This document shows positions 16,707 to 26,537 of a stretch of DNA of 32,000 nucleotides, in pieces (position 1 is the stretch's first letter; each line of letters begins with the position of its first letter). Source of the stretch: Acholeplasma laidlawii PG-8A (GTDB taxonomy: Bacteria; Bacillota_I; Bacilli_A; Acholeplasmatales; Acholeplasmataceae); contig NC_010163.1 of assembly GCF_000018785.1 (NCBI RefSeq), positions 780,001 to 812,000 of the forward strand, read 5' to 3'. Under the pieces are notes generated by a model. It made no database searches. It was not told the DNA's origin and worked only from the letters and a program-made list of their open reading frames with translations. Both the position numbers and the translations under genes were made by a program.

Positions 16707-17578
16707 GATATGTCCTCCTTCTCATAAAAGTGCATAAATATTTCTTCTAAAGTTGGTTCAGTAATGCTCAAATCTTCTATGTTTATCGCACTTAATTGTT
16801 TAAGTAGTTCATCTATAGAACCATTAAAAATAAATGATATATTACCGTTTTGATGTTCTACTTGAATCATTTGTTCCGTTATCTTAAGTGTATCTTTAGT
16901 TTTAATTTTTACTCTTTTTGACTTGGATTTAAGTATATCTTCTATTGTTTCGACGCGAACTAGTTTACCTTCTCTAATAATCCCTACTCTGTCACAAATA
17001 CGTTCTACTTCACTTAAGTTATGGGATGAGAAGAAAATGGTTGTACCCTTTTTCTTTTCAGCATCTAGAATTTGAAAAAACTTATTTTGAATTAGTGGAT
17101 CGAGTCCGGATGTAGGTTCATCTAGAATAAGTATCTTAGGCTTCGTTACAAGTGCTGTTACAATAGCAACTTTCTTTTTATTACCAAAAGATAAGTCCTC
17201 AATTTTTCTGTCAACATCTAGGCTAAGCATTTCAACTAGATGGTCCATATAACCCTCATCTACTTCCCCATTAAAGCTTGATGCGTATTTAATAAACTTT
17301 TTGACTGTCATATCACCGTAAAAGTTTACTTCACTTGGAATGTAACCTACTTGTTTTCTAATAGCTATCGTATCTTTTACAATATCTAACCCATCTACTT
17401 GTGCAGAACCACTTGTAGGATATATCAAATTTAGTAAAGTTCTAACGGTTGTTGACTTACCAGCTCCATTAGGGCCAATAAACCCAAAAATCTCACCAGG
17501 ATGAACCTCTAGTGACACATCAATAATACCTCTTGATTTTTTATTATAGTATTTTGTTAGTTGTTCTAGTTTAATCAT
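16703..17578 (-). CDS. ABC transporter ATP-binding protein
   Basis: Walker A GPNGAGKST, signature LSFGNKKK, Walker B ILILDEPTSGLDP. Confidence 0.93.
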   Translation of the reverse strand: MIKLEQLTKYYNKKSRGIIDVSLEVHPGEIFGFIGPNGAGKSTTVRTLLNLIYPTSGSAQVDGLDIVKDTIAIRKQVGYIPSEVNFYGDMTVKKFIKYASSFNGEVDEGYMDHLVEMLSLDVDRKIEDLSFGNKKKVAIVTALVTKPKILILDEPTSGLDPLIQNKFFQILDAEKKKGTTIFFSSHNLSEVERICDRVGIIREGKLVRVETIEDILKSKSKRVKIKTKDTLKITEQMIQVEHQNGNISFIFNGSIDELLKQLSAINIEDLSITEPTLEEIFMHFYEKEDIS

Positions 17579-17718
17579 AGCATCCCACATCCTTTATCTT
17601 TATTATACTCTAATTATAAACTTGATTCATTCTATATTAATCTATATAATCTTTTACGACACCAACTTATATTCCAATCATAATACGTGTATAATATAAA
17701 TAGTCGAGGTAAACAATA

Positions 17719-18213
17719 ATGATAAGGTTAGCACAAATAGATGACTTAGAGGGTATTATGAGTGTCATCAAGGACGCTCAATTAAGAATGAAAGAGGCTC
17801 ACATGACTCAGTGGCAAAACAATTACCCAAACCCTAAGGTCATTACAAAAGATATTGAAGATAAATCTCTTTATGTTTATACTAAAGATGGAGATATCAT
17901 AGGCACGATGAGTGTTTTCTCATATGATTCAGTTTATGATCATATAGAAGGTACATGGCTAAATCAAAATCCTTATATCGTTATTCATAGGATTGCTTTA
18001 GCATCTAGTGTTTTAGGACAAAATAAAACAAAAGAAATGATTAATTTTGCTTTTAATCATTTTAACATTAAGGATATAAGAATAGATACACATCCTAAAA
18101 ATACACCAATGATAAAGACTTTAGAGCGTCTAGGCTTTGTTTACTGCGGTATTGTCTATGTTACAACTGATACGGATGCTTTAAGATTAGCCTACCACAA
18201 ACATATTATTTAA
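17719..18213 (+). CDS. GNAT family N-acetyltransferase
   Basis: IRLAQIDDLEGIMSVI... HRIALASSVLGQNKTKEMINFAFNHF...TLERLGFVYCGI. Confidence 0.85.
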   Translation: MIRLAQIDDLEGIMSVIKDAQLRMKEAHMTQWQNNYPNPKVITKDIEDKSLYVYTKDGDIIGTMSVFSYDSVYDHIEGTWLNQNPYIVIHRIALASSVLGQNKTKEMINFAFNHFNIKDIRIDTHPKNTPMIKTLERLGFVYCGIVYVTTDTDALRLAYHKHII

Positions 18214-18215
18214 TA

Positions 18216-18254
18216 AAAAATGTGCAAACCTTACAAATTGGGTTGCACATTTTT
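18216..18254. terminator. Bidirectional terminator between convergent genes
   Basis: AAAAATGTGCAAACC-ttacaaatt-GGGTTGCACATTTTT. Confidence 0.85.
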
Positions 18255-18256
18255 CA

Positions 18257-18763
18257 TTAGTAAAATTCTATATGTTTAGCTCTTTGTCTTCTTATCATTC
18301 TATTAATGTCTATGATGAACCAGACAATTAAACAAATACTTGAAAGTATAACAATACCTAATAGTGCATTTGTGTTTTCAAGATAGAGTGCACTAAATAC
18401 AATCAATAAGATTGGATAAGCATAATGGCTTATCTTTTTTAATACTTTAATTAATTGCATTAGTGGATGACCAGATTTATCTTTATTAATTACTTCTAAA
18501 AGGGTCACTACGAGTTGGAATAAAATGTAAGATAAAGATATTGTTACTAGGAATTTAGTACTGTAAATGAGTGATGTGACAACTAAAGTGATCACCAGTC
18601 CTAAAAATATATAGGTTAATACGAATTTTAATCGTTTTCTAAATAAATTATCCGTATCAACTTTTTTGAAAAACAGTCCAATGAGTTTTGCAATACCTGT
18701 AAATAAAATTTCTCCAAATAACTCAAAAAATAGTTGAATTACTATTTCAAATAAACCTTCCAT
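18257..18763 (-). CDS. Hypothetical membrane protein
   Basis: 168 aa with 4 TM segments. No family recognised. Confidence 0.55.
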   Translation of the reverse strand: MEGLFEIVIQLFFELFGEILFTGIAKLIGLFFKKVDTDNLFRKRLKFVLTYIFLGLVITLVVTSLIYSTKFLVTISLSYILFQLVVTLLEVINKDKSGHPLMQLIKVLKKISHYAYPILLIVFSALYLENTNALLGIVILSSICLIVWFIIDINRMIRRQRAKHIEFY

Positions 18764-18885
18764 ATACTTATCCCTTTTTCTATGTTTGACATAATTGTAT
18801 CATAATAAATAAAAAACTTTGCAGATTTTTGATATAAGTCTTTTATATCTTTTATGCAAAGTTTATTAAAAATTTTATTTATAGT

Positions 18886-19875
18886 TTAAATTAATTTCTT
18901 TCTAATTTCTTCAGCAGATAGATTTATTAAATAGGCTGGTGCAATATCAGCAATTGTTTTAGCTCCACTTGCACCTTCTTTGTTTAGTCTATAAGCCGCT
19001 CTTGCATATGCCAGTAATACACGTGCTGTAAAATCCGGATTAGAGTCTAATTTAAGCTGGTATTGAATCATTTGGTGATGTTCATTGTTTAAGCCTGTTT
19101 GACCGTATCTAATAACTAAGCCACCATGTGGTAAGCCTTGATGATTTTTTAGAAGTTCATCATGACTTATGAAATGCACTTTTGTTTCATACGGTTCAAA
19201 ATAATTAGGCATGGTCTTAATATCGTGTTCTATTTTTGTTAAGTCTGCACCAGTTTCTGCAACAACATAACAAATTCTTTTATGCTTATCCTTTACAGAT
19301 AGTGTTGGCATGTCTCCATTTTTAACAGCATCAATTGCTGATTTAATCGGTACTGTATATTGAACAGCGTGTTTTACACCTGATACTCTTCTAATGGCAT
19401 CTGAATGCCCTTGACTTACGCCTTCTCCCCAAAAGGTATAGGTTTCACCAACTGGTAGTATAGCTTCAGCAAGTATTCTATTGATTGAAAACATACCAGG
19501 ATCCCAACCACTTGCTACTACACTTAACTTTTGAGCCTTTTTAGATGCTTCATCCATATGGTTAAAATACTCATTTATTAAAGCATGGTTATCATATCCG
19601 TCTACAGTATTCATAAGACTTGCGATTAAAGGTCCTTGAACTGGTAAATCAGACATGCTACCACCGCATAAAATAGCTACATCTATCCTATCTTTTAAGT
19701 TTTCGACTTCATCCAAATGATAAACTGATACACCTTTAGTCGTTGTCTCTAACGTTTTAGGATCACGTCTTGTAAATACACCAAACAGTTCCATATCATC
19801 ACTTTGCAACAGACCAGTTTCTATGCTTTTACCAAGATTACCATATCCAATAATTGCAATTTTAATTTTACTCAT
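18886..19875 (-). CDS. Diaminopimelate dehydrogenase-like protein (Ddh family)
   Basis: N-terminal Rossmann IAIIGYGNLGKS, LCGGSMSDLPVQGP, VASGWDPGMFSINR, GEGVSQGHSDAIRRVSGVKHAVQYT. Confidence 0.85.
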   Translation of the reverse strand: MSKIKIAIIGYGNLGKSIETGLLQSDDMELFGVFTRRDPKTLETTTKGVSVYHLDEVENLKDRIDVAILCGGSMSDLPVQGPLIASLMNTVDGYDNHALINEYFNHMDEASKKAQKLSVVASGWDPGMFSINRILAEAILPVGETYTFWGEGVSQGHSDAIRRVSGVKHAVQYTVPIKSAIDAVKNGDMPTLSVKDKHKRICYVVAETGADLTKIEHDIKTMPNYFEPYETKVHFISHDELLKNHQGLPHGGLVIRYGQTGLNNEHHQMIQYQLKLDSNPDFTARVLLAYARAAYRLNKEGASGAKTIADIAPAYLINLSAEEIRKKLI

Positions 19876-20007
19876 TTTCTAACCTCTCTCATCACTTCGT
19901 ATACAAATTACTTTTACATTATACTTCATAATTTAGTTTTTAGTTTCGTTATTGATTATATGAATTACTTATAATAATACTTGTTTATTCAAAAGAAACA
20001 ATTACTT

Positions 20008-21495
20008 CTAGTCATTTATTGTTTGATTAATTGTAGTGGTTTTACCACTTAAATAACTACTAAATTTCATATTTTTAGTTTCATTATAGTTGAATAAACA
20101 TTCAAAATAGCCCATACCCGAAATGGTAATGTTAACCGCATTATCATAAATTTCTTTGCGTATTTGGTAGACTTCATTAAACATTTCATCTTTATAAAAC
20201 TTAGTACTCATGGCTTCTAATATGACTTTTTTGTAGTTTTCTAGATAAGCTTCAGGTGCACCCTTAACTACAGTTTTAAGCACTAGTGGATTGATTTGAT
20301 CATCTACACCACCCATCGTAGTCATTTTAGCATATGGACTATATGAAGTCATACCATCTCCACTTGGGTTCCAATCTCTTGTAACACCAAAGGTTCTATC
20401 AAAATCATAAGGGATAAATATCGCTTGATTCGTATCTTTTAAAAAGTAAATGTAGTAGTTATTATAGTGATGTCTCAGATCATCAGGGTTACCTACCAAA
20501 TACGAAATGGCTTCATAGACTAAATAATAGTTCATATTCACTAAACTAGAAAAATCTGTATCTTGATTCAGTGTTTGAATCAATGTTTTTAATAGTATAT
20601 GTTCATTATTCTTCTTATTTGTTTTTAGATCATATACCGGAAAATACGATTCATCTTCATTTTCAACACCTATTTTATTTATTGTATCCATCGTAAGACT
20701 TCCACCTTTTTCATAGTCCCATCCTACTTTATAGAGATCTCCACCTAAGTGTTTCGAACCTAATCTTTTTTCTAAAAAGAGTTCATCAATACATTCAAGT
20801 GCAAAATACACGCCTAAGTTTTCATAATCTTGGCGATATTTTAATTGCATATTTACAGATGTTATCTTAGGTGCTAACACACCAAAACTTGAATACATTT
20901 CATAAGTCCAGTACTCTCTTGAATAAGTTTCATCAAAACTCTTATTCCACTTTAAATCTAATTTTTCCATACCAGCAAAAGTTCTATCTTTTCTTTCATC
21001 ACGAGCTTCTTTACTTGCCCAAACTTTAGGGTTAGCATAGTATGCTTCATCATCAAAGGTTTGTTTAAAGGATAGTTTATAGTGAATTAGGTGATATAGA
21101 CCTTGCTCTTGATTATAGAAATTAGTTCTTGAAGTATTACCCTTCATACGAATACCTACTTCTTCAAAAACATGAGTTTTACCATTGATAATGAATGTTA
21201 CATTACTCATTCTGTATATCGGTGATTTGCTACCCTTGGAAGCATAAGTTTCATAATCACTTTGAATGAGTGCAAGTTCACTTTCAGCAATATCTATTTT
21301 GATTTGCACATTTGAGTTTACATCAAAAAATTCATCATATAATCCAGATGTATTCTTTACATAATCCATTTTAGTATCAAGAGAGACTATGTCATCATCA
21401 TCTTCTTTATCTGGAGCATCCTCAGTCTTTGGTGTACAACCAACTACGAATATGCTCAAGATTATTGATAAAACGAATAGAAACGTTTTTTTCAT
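20008..21495 (-). CDS. CotH-family protein, predicted lipoprotein
   Basis: Lipobox (FVVGCTP), VGIRMKGNTSR, KLDLKWNKSFDETYSREYWTYEMYSSFGVLAPKITSV-type region, LGSKHLGGDLYK, IPFDYDRTFG. GGAGG RBS supports the start at 21495. Confidence 0.78.
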   Translation of the reverse strand: MKKTFLFVLSIILSIFVVGCTPKTEDAPDKEDDDDIVSLDTKMDYVKNTSGLYDEFFDVNSNVQIKIDIAESELALIQSDYETYASKGSKSPIYRMSNVTFIINGKTHVFEEVGIRMKGNTSRTNFYNQEQGLYHLIHYKLSFKQTFDDEAYYANPKVWASKEARDERKDRTFAGMEKLDLKWNKSFDETYSREYWTYEMYSSFGVLAPKITSVNMQLKYRQDYENLGVYFALECIDELFLEKRLGSKHLGGDLYKVGWDYEKGGSLTMDTINKIGVENEDESYFPVYDLKTNKKNNEHILLKTLIQTLNQDTDFSSLVNMNYYLVYEAISYLVGNPDDLRHHYNNYYIYFLKDTNQAIFIPYDFDRTFGVTRDWNPSGDGMTSYSPYAKMTTMGGVDDQINPLVLKTVVKGAPEAYLENYKKVILEAMSTKFYKDEMFNEVYQIRKEIYDNAVNITISGMGYFECLFNYNETKNMKFSSYLSGKTTTINQTIND

Positions 21496-21647
21496 CTGAA
21501 CCTCCAAAAGTAAATCAACTTTAATTAAATTATACCACTTATGACATATTTGATGAGTTCATGCATATAAATTATAAACTTAGAAGTTTGATAATTTGCT
21601 TCGTGATATAATGTAGTTATACTAAATATATTAAAGGAGCGCTTCAT

Positions 21648-22466
21648 ATGAAAGTTATTAATCAGCATTACACATTAAGCAATGGGGTCAAAATACCAAA
21701 AATTGGACTAGGTACTTGGCAGGTAAAAGATGGTGATGAGGCATATAATTCTGTCTTAATTGCCCTTAAAAATGGCTATCGTCATATTGATACTGCAGAA
21801 GGCTATCGGAATGAAGCATCTGTTGGACGCGCCATTAAAGATTCAGGCATTCCTCGTGATGAAATATTTGTCACCTCTAAACTAGAATCACATATTAAAA
21901 CGTATGAAGGTGCACTTGAAGCATTTGACAAGACACTAAAAGCCCTTGATTTTGAATATTTAGATTTATTCTTAATTCATGCACCTTGGCCATGGGATGA
22001 AGTTGGTAAAGAATGTCATGAAGGTAATGTATTAGCTTATAAAGCCATGGAAAAACTATATAAAGATGGAAAAATTAGAGCAATCGGAATATCTAATTTT
22101 GAACCAGTTGACATAGAAAATATCATTACTCATTGTGAAATTGTTCCACATGTGAATCAAATTGCTTACTTTATTGGACTAGATCAATCAAAAACTATTG
22201 AAAGTTGTAATAAGCATAATATATTTGTTGAAGCCTACTCTCCTTTAGGTACAGGCCGTTTATTATCTAATGAAGTTATAGTTCAAATGGCAGAAAAATA
22301 TCAAGTATCACCCGCACAAATCTGTATCCGTTACTGCTTACAAAAAGGCACTGCACCATTACCAAAATCAACACATGAAGAACGTATTATTATGAATACA
22401 AAAGTGGATTTTGAAATTAGTACTGATGATATGAATGTCTTAGATCACGTCAAGAAGAATTTCTAA
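21648..22466 (+). CDS. Aldo/keto reductase
   Basis: KIPKIGLGTWQV, HIDTAEGYRNEASVG, LFLIHAPWPW, AIGISNFEP, CIRYCLQKGTAPLPKS. Confidence 0.93.
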   Translation: MKVINQHYTLSNGVKIPKIGLGTWQVKDGDEAYNSVLIALKNGYRHIDTAEGYRNEASVGRAIKDSGIPRDEIFVTSKLESHIKTYEGALEAFDKTLKALDFEYLDLFLIHAPWPWDEVGKECHEGNVLAYKAMEKLYKDGKIRAIGISNFEPVDIENIITHCEIVPHVNQIAYFIGLDQSKTIESCNKHNIFVEAYSPLGTGRLLSNEVIVQMAEKYQVSPAQICIRYCLQKGTAPLPKSTHEERIIMNTKVDFEISTDDMNVLDHVKKNF

Positions 22467-22490
22467 ACATACCTATTTTGATATTTAATG

Positions 22491-22517
22491 AAAAACCTTA
22501 CTTTTCGTAAGGTTTTT
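22491..22517 (+). terminator. Terminator downstream of aldo/keto reductase gene
   Basis: AAAAACCTTAC-ttttc-GTAAGGTTTTT. Confidence 0.85.
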
Positions 22518-22640
22518 TTGAACATCATGTTTAATTTTTTAGGTACTTTTTAAATCATAAAATGAATTAATTTAATTTTTGTAATTGATCAATTTTAAGC
22601 TTGAAAATCAGCAAAAATACATATTTTAGTAAACGATATG

Positions 22641-22681
22641 AAAAGAATATCTGTAACAGTTAGATTCATAGATATTCTTTT
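22641..22681. terminator. Stem-loop terminator downstream of zinc-ribbon gene
   Basis: AAAAGAATATCT-17 nt-AGATATTCTTTT, a 12-bp perfect stem. Confidence 0.7.
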
Positions 22682-22692
22682 TACTGATTGTA

Positions 22693-22917
22693 TTAAATTT
22701 TTTGAGCATACTTGCTATCTTTAATTTTTGTTAGATCTTTTTTATCTATCCATGTTTCTGTATAACCACAGTCACTACATACATACAACCTTACTTCTAC
22801 ACCACCAAAACTACTAGTCCGTACATAGATATAAGCTAAACCACCTGAAGCATAGTATCTATCAAATTTTTTGATGTTTAAACTTTCACATTTTGGACAT
22901 ACTTTTGTGTCTTTCAT
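22693..22917 (-). CDS. Small zinc-ribbon protein
   Basis: VCPKCESLNIKKFDRYY...RLYVCSDCGYTETWID. Confidence 0.65.
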   Translation of the reverse strand: MKDTKVCPKCESLNIKKFDRYYASGGLAYIYVRTSSFGGVEVRLYVCSDCGYTETWIDKKDLTKIKDSKYAQKI

Positions 22918-23027
22918 TATATAACTCCCCCCCATTTTATTAAATTTATTACTACTTATTATATGACGTTCTTGTTACTTTAATTTTATGCTAATTATTT
23001 TATTTTAACAAATAAAATCATAAAAAA

Positions 23028-23049
23028 AGACTTGAATAAATCCAAGTCT
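23028..23049 (-). terminator. Terminator downstream of M42 peptidase gene
   Basis: AGACTTG-aataaatc-CAAGTCT with a flanking A/T-rich tract. Confidence 0.7.
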
Positions 23050-23068
23050 ATTTTTAGAACTATAAATT

Positions 23069-24103
23069 TTACTTAATCAAATATGTATAAATTAATTTTA
23101 GTGTGTTTTCAATACCTTTTAAGTGGGTTCTTTCCATACCATGTGAGGCACTCACACCACTCCCAATTAATGCACCCTTCATATCGACACCAGCTCTTCT
23201 TGCTGCACCAATATCACTACCATAATATGGGAATATATCTACTGTAAAATCAAGTTGGTTTTCTTTAGCCATCTCAATGAGTTTTGTTGTTAACTCGTAG
23301 TCATATGGACCACCTGAATCTTTAGCACAAATAGATACTGCATATTCACTACCTGCTAAATCAAGACCAATACAACCCATATCAAGTGTAACAAACTCTG
23401 AGATTTTACTATCAACAATGGAAGCACCATGACCAACTTCTTCGTAAACAACAAAATATATTTTTGTATCATACTTAAATTGAATTTTATGTTCTGAAGT
23501 GTATTTCAGAAGCATGAGTAAGATAACTACTGAAGCTTTATCATCAATAAATCTTGATTTTAAAAAACCTGTGTCTGTTATGGTAAATTTAGTATCATAG
23601 CTTACAATATCTCCGTTTTGAATACCAAGCTTAGTAACATCTTCTTTAGAAGACACTTCTACATCTAATCTAACTTCTAAGGAATCTATATCCCTAGATT
23701 TAGTATTCGCATCCTTAAATACATGTACAGCAGGAGATGTAGAAAGTATGGTACCAGTATATTTTTTGCCATCACGTGTATAAATAGTACAGTATTCTCC
23801 ATCAAGTGTTGGTGTACTAGGTCCTCCTAATGTTGTAAGTGTTAAATTTCCATTAGATTTGATGGATCTAACCATTAAACCTAGTGTGTCACAGTGAGCA
23901 GATGTTGCAACTATTTTTGATGAATCTTTACCTTTGATAAATATCTCTAGTGCACCACTATTTAATATGGTAGATTTATACCCATAATTATCAACATATC
24001 GCTTAATCAATTCTATAACTTGTTTTGTAAATCCTGTTGGGGAGTCACATTCAAAAATCTCTTTGGCTACTTGTTTAAAATACGCTAAATCAAATGATAT
24101 CAT
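23069..24103 (-). CDS. M42 family metallopeptidase (glutamyl aminopeptidase-like)
   Basis: VATSAHCDTLGLMVRSI, GDIVSYDTKF, RFIDDKASVVILL, VYEEVGHGAS, TLDMGCIG, GVSASHGMERTH. Confidence 0.85.
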   Translation of the reverse strand: MISFDLAYFKQVAKEIFECDSPTGFTKQVIELIKRYVDNYGYKSTILNSGALEIFIKGKDSSKIVATSAHCDTLGLMVRSIKSNGNLTLTTLGGPSTPTLDGEYCTIYTRDGKKYTGTILSTSPAVHVFKDANTKSRDIDSLEVRLDVEVSSKEDVTKLGIQNGDIVSYDTKFTITDTGFLKSRFIDDKASVVILLMLLKYTSEHKIQFKYDTKIYFVVYEEVGHGASIVDSKISEFVTLDMGCIGLDLAGSEYAVSICAKDSGGPYDYELTTKLIEMAKENQLDFTVDIFPYYGSDIGAARRAGVDMKGALIGSGVSASHGMERTHLKGIENTLKLIYTYLIK

Positions 24104-24312
24104 ATTTTTACCTCTCATTAATTAATGTATCAATTATATCAAGAATTAATTAATAATTAAAGATTAATTATTCATACATAACATGTTGCAAATTGGTATA
24201 TTTTTAAAACATTTAAGGATATCATGTGATTTCTCATAAGATGTGTAGAATGTCTTTATTATTGTATACTTTATGATTATTGTTTGCTACAATTATCTTT
24301 GAGGTATTTTTT

Positions 24313-25722
24313 ATGAAAAGATTTTGTAAATATTTTGGCGATAAAGCCTTCTATAAAATGGCATTAGCAATCATAATTCCAGTAGTTATTCAACAATTAA
24401 TTTTAAACCTAGCAGGTCTTATTGATACCTTTATGATCAATGGGTTTTCACAAACAGCATATACCGGTGTATCCACAGCTAACAGATTTATGTTTATAAT
24501 CAACTTCTTTTGGATCGGATTAGCAGCAGGTATTAGTGTGTTTGTTTCACAATATTTTGGGGCCAAGAATAAAAAAGGTATTATCGGAACCTTTCAACTA
24601 GGTATCTTATTAGCAATCGTTTTTGGTATTTTTTCTACTTTCTTAATTAATGTATTAGGTCCTGAAATGATAAAAATGTTCTTACCAACAACTGACCCTG
24701 AACAAGTTGAGTCTGTAATGTTTGGTATTGAGTATATTAAGATTATAGGATATGGTGCGATTGTATTTTTATCATCTTTTATGATTGCAACCTTCTTTAG
24801 ATCAGTTGGTCGTGCTAAGGCACCATTATTTGCAGGTGTCATTGGTATTGTTGTAAATATGGTTTTAAATATGATATTAATATATGGTTTCTTAGGTTTC
24901 CCGGCAATGGGTGCGATTGGTGCAGCTTGGGCTACTGTAATATCTAAGATTGTGGAATTAGTAGTTTTACTTGTGATTGCATTCTTCTATAGTAATGAGA
25001 ATTATGCTAGAGAAATATTTAAAAAATTCCTAATAACAAAACGCTTAGTCATAATGTATATATCAAAGGGTGGTCCAATAATTATAAATGAAATATTATG
25101 GTCAATCGCAATGGTACTTTATGCAATGTTTATTACTAGTGGTATTTATGAATGGGTAACTGCTTATGGCTACTCACAAAATGCTACAGACATCTTCTTT
25201 GTATATTACTCAGGTATGGCAACCGCAACAGGGGTAATACTTGGTCAAGCCCTTGGTGAAGGTGATTTTGAAAATGCAAAAGACTACCTTATCAAACTAC
25301 GTGCCGTCATGATGGTAACAAATATAGGTATTATGTTATTAATTGTTCTATTATCCCCTATAATACTCCTCATGTTTACACCCGTTAACTCGCTTTATTG
25401 GTTGGCATATCAGCTGATATTAATAAATGTTATCTTCATTGCAATTTATGGCTATAATGTAATGAGTTATTACGCACTAAGAGCTGGAGGCGATTCAATT
25501 AGAACATTTTTACTAGATCAACTTCCAACATACTTAGTCGGGTTACCTATAGTTATGTTATTAAGTCATTATAGAGTAGAATTAGGTGTGAATATTCTAA
25601 TTATATTCCTTGCAAGTAAGTCAACAGATGTTGTAAAACTCATATTTGCTAGACATATTATTAAAAAAGGGACTTGGTTAAATAACTTAACTCTTGATGA
25701 AGTCAAAATAAAAACAGCCTAG
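24313..25722 (+). CDS. MATE family efflux transporter
   Basis: 12-TM MATE pattern: GLIDTFMINGFSQTAYTGVSTANRFMF, VFVSQYFGAKN, GFLGFPAMGAIGAAWATVISKI. GAGG RBS before ATG at 24313. Confidence 0.9.
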   Translation: MKRFCKYFGDKAFYKMALAIIIPVVIQQLILNLAGLIDTFMINGFSQTAYTGVSTANRFMFIINFFWIGLAAGISVFVSQYFGAKNKKGIIGTFQLGILLAIVFGIFSTFLINVLGPEMIKMFLPTTDPEQVESVMFGIEYIKIIGYGAIVFLSSFMIATFFRSVGRAKAPLFAGVIGIVVNMVLNMILIYGFLGFPAMGAIGAAWATVISKIVELVVLLVIAFFYSNENYAREIFKKFLITKRLVIMYISKGGPIIINEILWSIAMVLYAMFITSGIYEWVTAYGYSQNATDIFFVYYSGMATATGVILGQALGEGDFENAKDYLIKLRAVMMVTNIGIMLLIVLLSPIILLMFTPVNSLYWLAYQLILINVIFIAIYGYNVMSYYALRAGGDSIRTFLLDQLPTYLVGLPIVMLLSHYRVELGVNILIIFLASKSTDVVKLIFARHIIKKGTWLNNLTLDEVKIKTA

Positions 25723-25733
25723 GCTGTTTTTTT
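25711..25733 (+). terminator. Terminator overlapping the MATE stop codon
   Basis: AAAACAGCCTAGGCTGTTTTTTT; the TAG stop (25720-25722) is at the centre of the palindrome. Confidence 0.7.
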
Positions 25734-25766
25734 ATTAATTTATGTAATTAAATATTTATTTATAAA

Positions 25767-26381
25767 TTATTTAAGTATTCGAACTTCATCAGTTAATATG
25801 TATGAATCATTCACAACATCCATATAAAGGTAAACTTCAAAGGTAGATTTATGATTTATAACTTTGATGATCAGTGTGTTTTCAGTAAATTCACTTTCAA
25901 TTTTATCGATTGAAAATGGATACATATGAGAATTTAAATCAGCAACCGACTTGGCAAATACACCTGATTTTACATCATAAAGGTCGTAATAATAGTCCAT
26001 AATGCCATCAGTTCTAATTATAATCATATTTGTATCGGGTACTTCATAAATAGTATTTGCAAAACCAAAAGTGAACCCTAGAAGTAAAATAAATGAAAGT
26101 CCTATACTTACAAAACCAATAAATAAACCTATTAGTAATTTAAAAAGCGTTTTGATCTCAGAAAATAAAAGTGTTATACCCATAGCTATTAAATATAGGG
26201 CTAAGACTGGATATACAAACCAATCCTTTGAAAATGCATAAGAAAATAGAATCATATATTCGATTTTCGCTAATAAACCTATAACAATCATTAACCAAAG
26301 TAATATGATAACTGTAGAAATCATCATAAAAATATATTTCTTATTTAATTTTTTTTGTTTAATTAACTCCATAAAATTCAC
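25767..26381 (-). CDS. Hypothetical membrane protein with C-terminal extracytoplasmic domain
   Basis: 204 aa, three N-terminal TM segments then a soluble region. Confidence 0.55.
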   Translation of the reverse strand: MNFMELIKQKKLNKKYIFMMISTVIILLWLMIVIGLLAKIEYMILFSYAFSKDWFVYPVLALYLIAMGITLLFSEIKTLFKLLIGLFIGFVSIGLSFILLLGFTFGFANTIYEVPDTNMIIIRTDGIMDYYYDLYDVKSGVFAKSVADLNSHMYPFSIDKIESEFTENTLIIKVINHKSTFEVYLYMDVVNDSYILTDEVRILK

Positions 26382-26488
26382 CCTTTAATTTATTTGACAA
26401 TCATATTTAAATAATCCCCATTATGTTAAGTTGATTATATCATATTAAATGCTTGATTTGATATTTAGTATAAGTTGTTCTACAATGA

Positions 26489-26518
26489 AAAAGGCTTGAT
26501 ATTGGAATCAAGCCTTTT
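26489..26518 (-). terminator. Terminator downstream of LRR lipoprotein gene
   Basis: AAAAGGCTTGAT-attgga-ATCAAGCCTTTT. Confidence 0.85.
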
Positions 26519-26537
26519 ATATTCATGAACGAACACA

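Noticed and set aside
16525-16737. Plus-strand ORF 16525-16737
   Set aside because: Antisense to the ABC permease/ATPase junction.
24594-24842. Minus-strand ORF 24594-24842
   Set aside because: Antisense to the MATE gene; no RBS.
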